A stretch of 52,616 bases of DNA, taken from positions 1 to 52,616 of the IMG/VR virus record IMGVR_UViG_3300020193_000035. One strand, given 5' to 3'. The stretch is from a virus. Lineage: Duplodnaviria > Caudoviricetes. The translations under genes were made by a program, and so were the position numbers. Under the pieces are notes generated by a model. It ran no database searches. It was not told the origin of the DNA and was given only the letters and a program-made list of their open reading frames with translations. Of the stretch, positions 37,886 through 44,269 are shown piece by piece; position 1 is the stretch's first letter; every line of letters begins with the position of its first letter.

Positions 37886-38206
37886 ATGTATGAAGTTGAC
37901 AGTGCAGTGCGAGAAGCTCGTGCAGAAGCCGCTAAGGCTACCAAGGACTTCATCGCCAAGCACGGCGATAACGACCTTTGCGGCTTTGCATGGGTCACGG
38001 TCCGCGAGAAAGGCAGCACCAAGATGGGTCGTGCGCTGATCAAGGCAGGCTTCCGTAAAGAGTATGGGGGTGGTCTTCAGATGTGGAACCCGTCGGGTCA
38101 CATGACTCAGGCCATCACTGCCAAGGAAGCGGGTGCAGAGGCTGCGGCCCGAGTGCTTCGTGAGAAGTTGGGCGTGAATGCCTACGCTGGTTCGCGTTTG
38201 GATTAA
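37886..38206 (+). CDS. Conserved early phage protein
   Basis: AGGAG RBS; CGFAWV...KEAGAEA...SRLD. Confidence 0.8.
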   Translation: MYEVDSAVREARAEAAKATKDFIAKHGDNDLCGFAWVTVREKGSTKMGRALIKAGFRKEYGGGLQMWNPSGHMTQAITAKEAGAEAAARVLREKLGVNAYAGSRLD

Positions 38207-38281
38207 GCCACACCGGGCGGATTGGTTGACAGTCCGCCCAAATGGCTGCATAATGGGAACATGAACACTCGGGAGAACGCA

Positions 38282-38530
38282 ATGAGCAACTACCCAAATA
38301 TGAGCTATTGCCAGTTCGAGAACACTCTGCTGGCCCTCAAGCAGGTGCTGGACACTATGGAAGATGAAGGTCCTATGTTCCTCAAGGAAATGAGCCGTAC
38401 GGAGCGCCGTGCGTTTGAGGAACTGTTTGGCTACTGCAAGAGCTTCCTTACCCTCAGCGAAGAGCTTGAGGACGAGATGAGCCGCGAGGAGTATGACGGA
38501 CAGCCCGACGAAGCTCAGGAAGCAGTATAA
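38282..38530 (+). CDS. Conserved early phage protein
   Basis: Promoter TTGACA(38226)-17-CATAAT; NMSYCQFENT motif. Confidence 0.8.
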   Translation: MSNYPNMSYCQFENTLLALKQVLDTMEDEGPMFLKEMSRTERRAFEELFGYCKSFLTLSEELEDEMSREEYDGQPDEAQEAV

Positions 38531-38826
38531 TGAGCACACTCACCATCCAGCAAGTCAACTCTGCAATCATGCAGCAGACTTGGACCAACGATCAGCTGAA
38601 CAGCATGGGCTCGGCCGTCAAGTATGCGCGAGCCCAGCTGGGTCGACAGACTGTGAGAGAGCTGCGCATGAGCTTGTGCACCCGCGATGGTGTGCTAGTT
38701 CGTTTCGTTGATCGTTCAGGACGTTATATCACTGGTACGGTTCTTGAGTGCAAGCTCAAGAACGTGATCGTTGAATGCGGCCGCACTCGTTACCGTGTGC
38801 CTGCTTCCATGTTAGAGGTCATATGA
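38530..38826 (+). CDS. Early phage protein (SH3-like C-terminus)
   Basis: TAATG coupling; YRVPASMLE. Confidence 0.75.
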   Translation: MSTLTIQQVNSAIMQQTWTNDQLNSMGSAVKYARAQLGRQTVRELRMSLCTRDGVLVRFVDRSGRYITGTVLECKLKNVIVECGRTRYRVPASMLEVI

Positions 38827-39014
38827 ACCCGGAGGGTAAGAAAATGTTCACAGGCTTGATTGGTACCATCATAGGTGGTGTGGTGTTGTATTACCTGCCA
38901 GGCATCGTGAGCAAGATCGCACGTGGTGCCGGGCGGTATGGAAATGATCTAGCAGATCATCTGGAACGAGACTTTCCAGATGGCAAGGTCAACTTTGGCA
39001 ACAAGAACAAGTGA
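38823..39014 (+). CDS. Small membrane protein
   Basis: ATGA coupling; hydrophobic N-terminal helix. Confidence 0.6.
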   Translation: MNPEGKKMFTGLIGTIIGGVVLYYLPGIVSKIARGAGRYGNDLADHLERDFPDGKVNFGNKNK

Positions 39015-39021
39015 GCCTATC

Positions 39022-39195
39022 ATGATCCGATTCATGCTTGGTCTCTTCATAGTGTTTGGTGCTGTCGGAAATCTGGATTACGATCCAGAAGCCAGCTTGC
39101 TGGCCAACACCATCCTGGCTGTCATTGGGCTTGCGCTCTGTTGGTGGCCAATTTTGGACAAGACGCTGGTTGACGACAGCCCGTCTTTTTGTTAA
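39022..39195 (+). CDS. Small two-helix membrane protein
   Basis: MIRFMLGLFIVFGAVG...ILAVIGLALCWW. Confidence 0.65.
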   Translation: MIRFMLGLFIVFGAVGNLDYDPEASLLANTILAVIGLALCWWPILDKTLVDDSPSFC

Positions 39196-39244
39196 ACTGA
39201 CTATAACGTCACCGAAGTGACATACACAGAGAAGGAAATATCAT

Positions 39245-39538
39245 ATGACTGACAAGACCTATACCATCGTTGGCACCTCTGTCTGCAATGGCAAGATGAA
39301 GGTCCGTTGGGCCACTGACATGATGCGCATCAAGGTTCTCCAGCGCACCGGTCACACCGACATCGAGCTCTTTGAGCTGCCTGAAGCCATGAACAAGGCT
39401 GACGCTGTGCAGTTCATGCTGGACAAGCATGGTGCCGCTATGACGCCTGAGCGCATGAAGGCAGCACGTTCTGCTCTGAACAAGCGCGGCGTTGAAGTGT
39501 CCGCAGAGGACGTGGTCGCTGAAGCTGCAAACGGGTAA
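39245..39538 (+). CDS. Conserved early phage protein
   Basis: Promoter TTGACG(39170)-17-TAAACT; KVRWA...GHTDIELFELPEAMNK. Confidence 0.8.
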   Translation: MTDKTYTIVGTSVCNGKMKVRWATDMMRIKVLQRTGHTDIELFELPEAMNKADAVQFMLDKHGAAMTPERMKAARSALNKRGVEVSAEDVVAEAANG

Positions 39539-39549
39539 TGAATGGGCAA

Positions 39550-39660
39550 GTGCTAAGTCATTGATTTTGCTAGAGAAAAAAATCTCCGCAATTTCAATGA
39601 CTTAGCACCAGAAAAACCCATAAAATAACGGTTGACAAACGGGTGGGTATGCACTAAAAT
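39550..39660 (+). promoter_or_regulatory. 15-bp inverted repeat + sigma70 promoter
   Basis: GTGCTAAGTCATTGA (39550-39564) / TCAATGACTTAGCAC (39594-39608); TTGACA-17-TAAAAT. Confidence 0.8.
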
Positions 39661-39692
39661 AGTGACATAGAGTTAGGAGACAGAGGCAGGTC

Positions 39693-39947
39693 ATGAAACG
39701 GATTCTTGCAGCAGGTGCGGTAGTAGCGGTTGCTTTGTCTGCCAGTGGTTGTGCAGTCCATCATGGGCCGCATGATCCCTACTATCAAGGCCACCATCGA
39801 GCGATCCAAGGACCTACTATCTATCCTACTCCTTATCATCGTCCGTGGTCACATACAGACCGCCAGAGTGCATATGAGCAGCATCAGTGGCATCGCTGGT
39901 ATTCTTGCCAACGATACTACGGCGACCGTGGTCGTTGTGTCCACTAA
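39693..39947 (+). CDS. His/Tyr-rich lipoprotein
   Basis: Signal peptide with lipobox ASGC. Confidence 0.7.
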   Translation: MKRILAAGAVVAVALSASGCAVHHGPHDPYYQGHHRAIQGPTIYPTPYHRPWSHTDRQSAYEQHQWHRWYSCQRYYGDRGRCVH

Positions 39948-39971
39948 ATAATGCTGAAGGAGAGATCAATC

Positions 39972-40310
39972 ATGAAGAAGTCAATGCTCGTATCGGTAGT
40001 AGCAGTATCCTTGGTCCTGACAGGTTGTGCACAGATGGGTCCTAATCAGACCGTGGGCACAGGTGTAGGTGCCGTGGGTGGTTATGCGGTAGGGCGTGCT
40101 CTTGGTGGTGGTTTTGTTGGTTCGGCGTTGGGTGCAGTAGTAGGAGCCACAGTGGGTGGCAACGTGGGACAGAGCATGGATCGACCTCCGGCAGTCTACT
40201 ACGAGAGGCCTACGGCAGGCTACTACGAGAGGCCGCGCTGTCATATCGAACACCATTGGGATCATTACTACGGTGCCTACGTGGAACGCCGTGTGTGCCA
40301 TCGTTATTAA
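39972..40310 (+). CDS. Glycine-zipper lipoprotein
   Basis: Lipobox LTGC; GTGVGAVGGYAVG...GSALGAVVGATVGGNVGQSMD. Confidence 0.85.
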   Translation: MKKSMLVSVVAVSLVLTGCAQMGPNQTVGTGVGAVGGYAVGRALGGGFVGSALGAVVGATVGGNVGQSMDRPPAVYYERPTAGYYERPRCHIEHHWDHYYGAYVERRVCHRY

Positions 40311-40311
40311 G

Positions 40312-40467
40312 ATGGTGTTGGTAGTGTCCAGCCTGGCCTTGATCGGATGTGCACAAGTGCAGAAGGTGTGTGACGCAAACGATCGTAGTCCAATTGAATC
40401 AGGCAACAGCCAGACAGGCAACAGCCAGGGATGTGTTGTCCCTGCGCTGATCAAGATAAGGTTTTAG
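40312..40467 (+). CDS. Small putative lipoprotein
   Basis: LALIGC lipobox-like; GNSQ duplicated; start uncertain. Confidence 0.45.
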   Translation: MVLVVSSLALIGCAQVQKVCDANDRSPIESGNSQTGNSQGCVVPALIKIRF

Positions 40468-40476
40468 AGTTTGAAC

Positions 40477-40553
40477 GCGCCTGTAGCTCAATTGGTCAGA
40501 GCAGCGGACTCATAATCCGTTGGTTGGGGGTTCGAGTCCCTCCGGGCGTACCA
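40477..40553 (+). tRNA. tRNA with CAT anticodon, probably Ile2 (lysidine type)
   Basis: Cloverleaf; GACTCATAATC anticodon arm resembles tRNA-Ile2; CCA encoded. Confidence 0.9.
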
Positions 40554-40607
40554 TCTTTTCGCAGGAAAGAAAAAGAAGTTTTTTGGCTAACTCAACCTTG
40601 ATTGAAG

Positions 40608-40635
40608 TTGACCAGATAAATAGACATCATACTAT
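40608..40635 (+). promoter_or_regulatory. Nested promoters: late TAAATA (40617-40622) and possible sigma70 TTGACC-16-TACTAT
   Basis: Motifs immediately upstream of the leader ORF. Confidence 0.6.
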
Positions 40636-40645
40636 GAGGACTATG

Positions 40646-40798
40646 ATGCAAACAACGTCGGTAACATCAATGTTGGAAACATGCTCACCCGAGATCGAGG
40701 AACGCCAATCTTTTGGCAACACACTCGGTCACCAGTGGTATGCCAAGCCAGCAAGTAGTGATCCGGTCAGGTCCTCGTTGGGGGGCTGTTCCAAGTAA
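40646..40798 (+). CDS. Putative attenuator leader peptide (50 aa)
   Basis: GAGGA RBS at 40636-40640; MQTTSVTSMLETCSPEIEERQSFGNTLGHQWYAKPASSDPVRSSLGGCSK; 3' end overlaps the antiterminator strand; in-frame ATGs also at 40634 and 40643. Confidence 0.65.
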   Translation: MQTTSVTSMLETCSPEIEERQSFGNTLGHQWYAKPASSDPVRSSLGGCSK

Positions 40799-40832
40799 GA
40801 ACAGACTCAACAAACAACAAGGACCCCGGATC
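40760..40832 (+). promoter_or_regulatory. Antiterminator stem
   Basis: GATCCGG(TCA)GGTCCT(C)GTTG 40760-40780 pairs with CAAC(A)AGGACCCCGGATC 40815-40832 (17 bp). Confidence 0.8.
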
Positions 40833-40852
40833 GAAAGATACCGGGGTTTTTT
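40823..40852 (+). terminator. Intrinsic terminator, mutually exclusive with the antiterminator
   Basis: ACCCCGG-ATC-GAAA-GAT-A-CCGGGGT followed by TTTTT. Confidence 0.9.
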
Positions 40853-40872
40853 ATTCATCGGACACAAAGAGG

Positions 40873-40901
40873 TTGACTGGCGCAACGAAGCTTAGTATAG
40901 T
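40873..40901 (+). promoter_or_regulatory. Sigma70-type promoter
   Basis: TTGACT-17nt-TATAGT. Confidence 0.7.
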
Positions 40902-40907
40902 ACCATC

Positions 40908-41030
40908 ACTACGTGCGATGCGGAACGAGACTGCGGAAGGCACGCTAAACTTCTTCCATATGGGCGGAGGCCAGGATGAAATCTGCGGCGGTAACGCAGA
41001 GAGTAAAATTGGTCGGCGATCATTGGAACG
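40908..41030 (+). ncRNA. Unidentified structured RNA at the head of the tRNA array
   Basis: Five stems found by eye; no credible ORF or RBS. Confidence 0.5.
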
Positions 41031-41045
41031 AATGTTAAAGTATAT

Positions 41046-41124
41046 CTCGGTGTAGGATAGTCTGGTTCATTCCGCCTGCTTTGGGAGCAGGATGTCGCAA
41101 GTTCGAATCTTGCCACCGAGACCA
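41046..41124 (+). tRNA. tRNA-Pro(TGG)
   Basis: Cloverleaf, CCA. Confidence 0.93.
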
Positions 41125-41128
41125 TTAT

Positions 41129-41202
41129 TGGGGATTCGTCTAACGGTAGGACGTCGGATTTTGATTCCGACTATGGTGGTTCGAGTCCATCATCCCCAGC
41201 CA
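41129..41202 (+). tRNA. tRNA-Gln(TTG)
   Basis: Cloverleaf, CCA. Confidence 0.93.
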
Positions 41203-41214
41203 ATTAGCCAATTT

Positions 41215-41289
41215 GGAGCGTTCGTCTATCGGCTAGGACGCTGGCCTTTCACGCCGGAAAGAGGGGTTCGATTCCCCTACGCTCTACCA
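41215..41289 (+). tRNA. tRNA-Glu(TTC)
   Basis: Cloverleaf, CCA. Confidence 0.93.
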
Positions 41290-41316
41290 AACACCATACT
41301 ATTTTGTATATTTAAT

Positions 41317-41394
41317 GTACCGATACCAGAGCGGTCTAATGGCTACGCCTGCAAAGCGTGTGATTCGTAGGTTCAAATCCTACTCGGTACTCCA
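41317..41394 (+). tRNA. tRNA-Cys(GCA)
   Basis: Cloverleaf, U73 discriminator, CCA. Confidence 0.92.
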
Positions 41395-41402
41395 AACGAA
41401 AT

Positions 41403-41485
41403 GCGCTAGTGGCGGAATTGGTAGACGCACTGGATTTAGGTTCCAGCGGGCAACCGTGGGGGTTCGAGTCCCTCCTGGCGCACCA
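41403..41485 (+). tRNA. tRNA-Leu(TAG)
   Basis: Cloverleaf with variable arm, CCA. Confidence 0.95.
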
Positions 41486-41494
41486 ATGATCAAT

Positions 41495-41570
41495 GGGGGT
41501 GTAGCTCAGTTGGGAGAGCGTTAGCTTTGCAAGCTAAATGTCGTCGGTTCGATCCCGTCCACCTCCACCA
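41495..41570 (+). tRNA. tRNA-Ala(TGC)
   Basis: Cloverleaf, G3:U70, CCA. Confidence 0.95.
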
Positions 41571-41577
41571 AATCAAT

Positions 41578-41656
41578 TCCGCAGAACCCGAGCTAGGTGC
41601 ATGGGCGTGACTGTTAATCACTGGTTAGCTGAGTTCGAATCTCAGATGCGGAGCCA
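41578..41656 (+). tRNA. tRNA-Asn(GTT), atypical
   Basis: GTT anticodon loop, T-arm and GCCA end; irregular base 8, acceptor base pair 7 and D-arm. Confidence 0.8.
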
Positions 41657-41660
41657 ATTT

Positions 41661-41739
41661 GACTCGTTAGCATAGTCTGGCCTATTGCGCCGCCCTGTCA
41701 CGGCGGAGGACACCGGTTCGAATCCGGTACGGGTCGCCA
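41661..41739 (+). tRNA. tRNA-Asp(GTC)
   Basis: Cloverleaf, GCCA. Confidence 0.93.
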
Positions 41740-41746
41740 TATAAAT

Positions 41747-41823
41747 GAGTCAGTAGTTCCAATTGGCAGAACGGCAGTCTCCAAAACTGCATGTTGTAGG
41801 TTCGAATCCTACCTGGCTCGCCA
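41747..41823 (+). tRNA. tRNA-Trp(CCA)
   Basis: Cloverleaf, GCCA. Confidence 0.93.
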
Positions 41824-41861
41824 GTTTAGTTTGTTTGATTTTTTTCGGTTTTGCTCTTTTA

Positions 41862-42518
41862 TCACTTGGCTAGATAGGTACGATTGAGCATGGTGTGGTT
41901 GTGGTCGGTAGGACCCCAATCACCATCAGGATGGAAAGCAATCACAGTCATGAAACTGTTTTCTGTGCGAAAGCGATGGCGTTCCTGCTCGGACAGAGAA
42001 AAGGTAGTGCCCGTGAGCAATGCATCTTCTTCTATCGCACCTGTTTCACCGTGGCTGCTGAATCCTTGTCCATCGATCACACAACCTATGCGTATGCTGG
42101 GGTGACGATGGAAAGTCTGGTCGATGCCAGGCGGGAAGTAAAGTAGATTGAGACTGCTGTCGCCCATGCGTGCTGGATACACCAGCAAGCTGTCGCTGCA
42201 CCCATCGATGTAACTGAGTCGGCCTTGTTTTTCGACCCAGCCGATGGTGTTCATGACCATGTATCCTAGGCGCAAGACCAAGAACAAACGATCTTCGGCC
42301 ACGCCGTTGACCTTATTGGCTACGCTGAGTCCAAAGTATTGTCTTGCTTCCAGGTGATGTGTTTTGCCATCCACTTCCAAGTGGGAGTTGCCATAGCTGT
42401 AGCCATAGATAGAACAATACTTGGCGAACTCAGGCAATTGGAACTTTTCGTTGTGGAACATGTGTCCTTTGGTAGGATACATACTGGTGAGTTGGTCAAG
42501 ATTTTTGCCGATAAGCAT
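41862..42518 (-). CDS. Cupin-domain protein
   Basis: FPPGIDQTFHRHPS.R.G.V..GQG...HRFRT...FHPDGDWGP; minus-strand TAAATA at 42542-42547. Confidence 0.85.
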   Translation of the reverse strand: MLIGKNLDQLTSMYPTKGHMFHNEKFQLPEFAKYCSIYGYSYGNSHLEVDGKTHHLEARQYFGLSVANKVNGVAEDRLFLVLRLGYMVMNTIGWVEKQGRLSYIDGCSDSLLVYPARMGDSSLNLLYFPPGIDQTFHRHPSIRIGCVIDGQGFSSHGETGAIEEDALLTGTTFSLSEQERHRFRTENSFMTVIAFHPDGDWGPTDHNHTMLNRTYLAK

Positions 42519-42565
42519 TTGAAATATTTCCTTTCAATGAATATTTATTGTTCTAAAGAACAACC

Positions 42566-42659
42566 ATGTCTGCCTCGAGCTAGGTTCGGGGCCGCGAATT
42601 CATTGCCGCCTGGTACATGCCAGTGAATGTTGGGTGCGAAAAGCCCAATACGGAGACAT
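42566..42659 (+). ncRNA. Candidate four-way-junction (tRNA-shaped) RNA of unknown class
   Basis: Closing stem ATGTCT/AGACAT enclosing three hairpins; no canonical anticodon loop, TTC loop or CCA. Confidence 0.45.
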
Positions 42660-42680
42660 AACCGTAGCGAACGAGATCGC

Positions 42681-42767
42681 GGGGAAGCGGCGAAGTTGGA
42701 GAGTCACGGCAGACTGTAAATCTGTTGCCTTAGGGCTGAGTTGGTTCGAATCCATCCTTCCCCACCA
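42681..42767 (+). tRNA. tRNA-Tyr(GTA)
   Basis: Cloverleaf with variable arm, CCA. Confidence 0.92.
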
Positions 42768-42909
42768 TAAATATCCCAACCAAAAGATTTGGTCAAACAC
42801 AAGGATCAACCATGCCAAGCAGTGGTAGTATCTAGTCGATATTGACAAGTTAGATGTATCACATCTCCTGTTGGTATCGACGCAATATTCGCGTTAGCAG
42901 GAGAAGATC

Positions 42910-43224
42910 ATGGGCTCCTTCATCCAAAATAGATTCGAGATCCTGGCACATTGGATCTCAGCGAACCTAGGACATCCTTATGCTTTCACCAGCGCACTTT
43001 TTGTCGTGACGCTGTGGGCAGTGACAGGACCGGTCTTTGGTTACTCAGACACGTGGCAGCTGGTGATCAATACCAGCACCACCATCATCACTTTCCTCAT
43101 GGTGTTCTTGTTGCAGAATACTGGCAACAGGACCATTGAGGAACTGCACGAGCGCCTTAGGGTGCTTGAAGAACAGAACAATGAATTGTTACACGAGATC
43201 AGGCAGATGCGAGCTGCCGATTGA
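42910..43224 (+). CDS. Low-affinity iron permease family (Fet4-like) small membrane protein
   Basis: WAVTGPVFGYSDTWQLVINTSTTIITFLMVFLLQNT signature. Confidence 0.9.
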   Translation: MGSFIQNRFEILAHWISANLGHPYAFTSALFVVTLWAVTGPVFGYSDTWQLVINTSTTIITFLMVFLLQNTGNRTIEELHERLRVLEEQNNELLHEIRQMRAAD

Positions 43225-43262
43225 TGAGATACAACATTGGTTATATACTTTTTGCTGTTTGC

Positions 43263-43337
43263 GGGCGGTTAGCTCAGTGGTAGAGCGCCTCGTTTACACC
43301 GAGGATGTCGGGAGTTCGACCCTCTCACTGCCCACCA
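43263..43337 (+). tRNA. tRNA-Val(TAC)
   Basis: Cloverleaf, CCA. Confidence 0.95.
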
Positions 43338-43342
43338 GACAT

Positions 43343-43417
43343 GCCGGATTAGCTCAGCGGTAGAGCAGCGGTTTTGTAAACCGAAGGTCGGGAGTTCAAT
43401 CCTCTCATCCGGCACCA
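43343..43417 (+). tRNA. tRNA-Thr(TGT)
   Basis: Cloverleaf, CCA. Confidence 0.95.
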
Positions 43418-43423
43418 ATTTAT

Positions 43424-43499
43424 TGCGGGTTACGTCAGTGGTCAGACTATCAGGCTCATAACCTGAAGGACGGAGGTTCGAATCCTTCACCCGCAACCA
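43424..43499 (+). tRNA. tRNA-Met(CAT), initiator-like
   Basis: TCAGGCTCATAACCTGA arm and CCCGCAACCA end resemble alphaproteobacterial tRNA-fMet. Confidence 0.88.
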
Positions 43500-43537
43500 T
43501 ACCAAAATAATTAACGCAGTTGGCATTGAAAAATTAA

Positions 43538-43629
43538 GGAAGTGTGGCAGAGCCCGGTTTAATGCACCTGACTTGAAATCAGACGAGGGGGCGACTCCTC
43601 CGTGAGTTCGAATCTCACCGCTTCCGCCA
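43538..43629 (+). tRNA. tRNA-Ser(TGA)
   Basis: Long variable arm, GCCA. Confidence 0.93.
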
Positions 43630-43657
43630 AACCTGGTTTGGCTGTTTTGAAGATTAA

Positions 43658-43749
43658 GGTGGGTTGGCCGAGAGGTTGAAGGCACTGGTTTGCTAAACCG
43701 GCGTACCTTGTAAAAGGTACCATTGGTTCGAATCCAATACCCACCGCCA
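43658..43749 (+). tRNA. tRNA-Ser(GCT)
   Basis: Long variable arm, GCCA. Confidence 0.93.
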
Positions 43750-43753
43750 TATC

Positions 43754-43830
43754 GCCTCCGTAACTCAGTGGACTAGAGTCATGCGCTTCGAACGCATTGG
43801 TCGGGGGTTCGAATCCCTCCGGAGGCTCCA
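43754..43830 (+). tRNA. tRNA-Arg(TCG)
   Basis: Cloverleaf, ATGCG-CT-TCG-AA-CGCAT, CCA. Confidence 0.92.
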
Positions 43831-43847
43831 GGGCATATAGTTCAGTT

Positions 43848-43921
43848 GCGGGCGTGATGTAATGGAAGCCTGAAACCCTGCCATGGTTTACGCACGAGTT
43901 CGATTCTCGTCGCCCGCTCCA
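43848..43921 (+). tRNA. tRNA-Gly(GCC)
   Basis: Cloverleaf with weak D-arm, TCCA. Confidence 0.88.
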
Positions 43922-43974
43922 CTTTATCCCACCTAGTATTCTCACGGACATCGCAATGGGAGTTTGGTGACTTT

Positions 43975-44050
43975 GGGCCGGTAACTCAATAGGTAGAGTA
44001 TCAGACTTTTAATCTGAGAGTTGTGGGTTCAAGTCCCACCCGGCCCCCCA
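43975..44050 (+). tRNA. tRNA-Lys(TTT)
   Basis: Cloverleaf, CCA (C discriminator). Confidence 0.93.
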
Positions 44051-44054
44051 AACT

Positions 44055-44137
44055 GCAAGCATGGTGGAATTGGCAGACACGAGAGACTTAAAATCTTTTG
44101 CTTAGGCGTGCCGGTTCGAATCCGGCTGCTTGCACCA
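44055..44137 (+). tRNA. tRNA-Leu(TAA)
   Basis: Cloverleaf with variable arm, CCA. Confidence 0.93.
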
Positions 44138-44160
44138 GGAATACCAAAATAATTTTTTCA

Positions 44161-44243
44161 GCCCTAGTGGTGGAATTGGTAGACACGCCTGACTCAAAAT
44201 CAGGTTCGCAAGAGTGGGGGTTCGAGTCCCTCCTGGGGCACCA
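44161..44243 (+). tRNA. tRNA-Leu(CAA)
   Basis: Cloverleaf with variable arm, CCA. Confidence 0.95.
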
Positions 44244-44269
44244 AAATAAATAAAAAACTGCGAGAGAAC

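Noticed and set aside
36854-39608. Possible CRISPR or mini-array from the recurring palindromes
   Set aside because: Copies are few, in mixed orientation and separated by genes, not by uniform spacers; no cas genes are present.
40970-41015. Hammerhead ribozyme suggested by GATGAA plus a hairpin
   Set aside because: The CUGAUGA and GAAA core elements are not present in the required arrangement.
43269-43951. Minus-strand ORFs of 130-138 aa and other ORFs overlapping tRNA genes (41092, 41315, 42634, 43136)
   Set aside because: They are shadows of well-formed tRNA genes and have no RBS or protein motifs.
43499-44154. 14-nt repeat ATACCAAAATAATT after tRNA-Met and tRNA-Leu(TAA)
   Set aside because: Short and AT-rich; likely a spacer or processing remnant, too little to support a feature.
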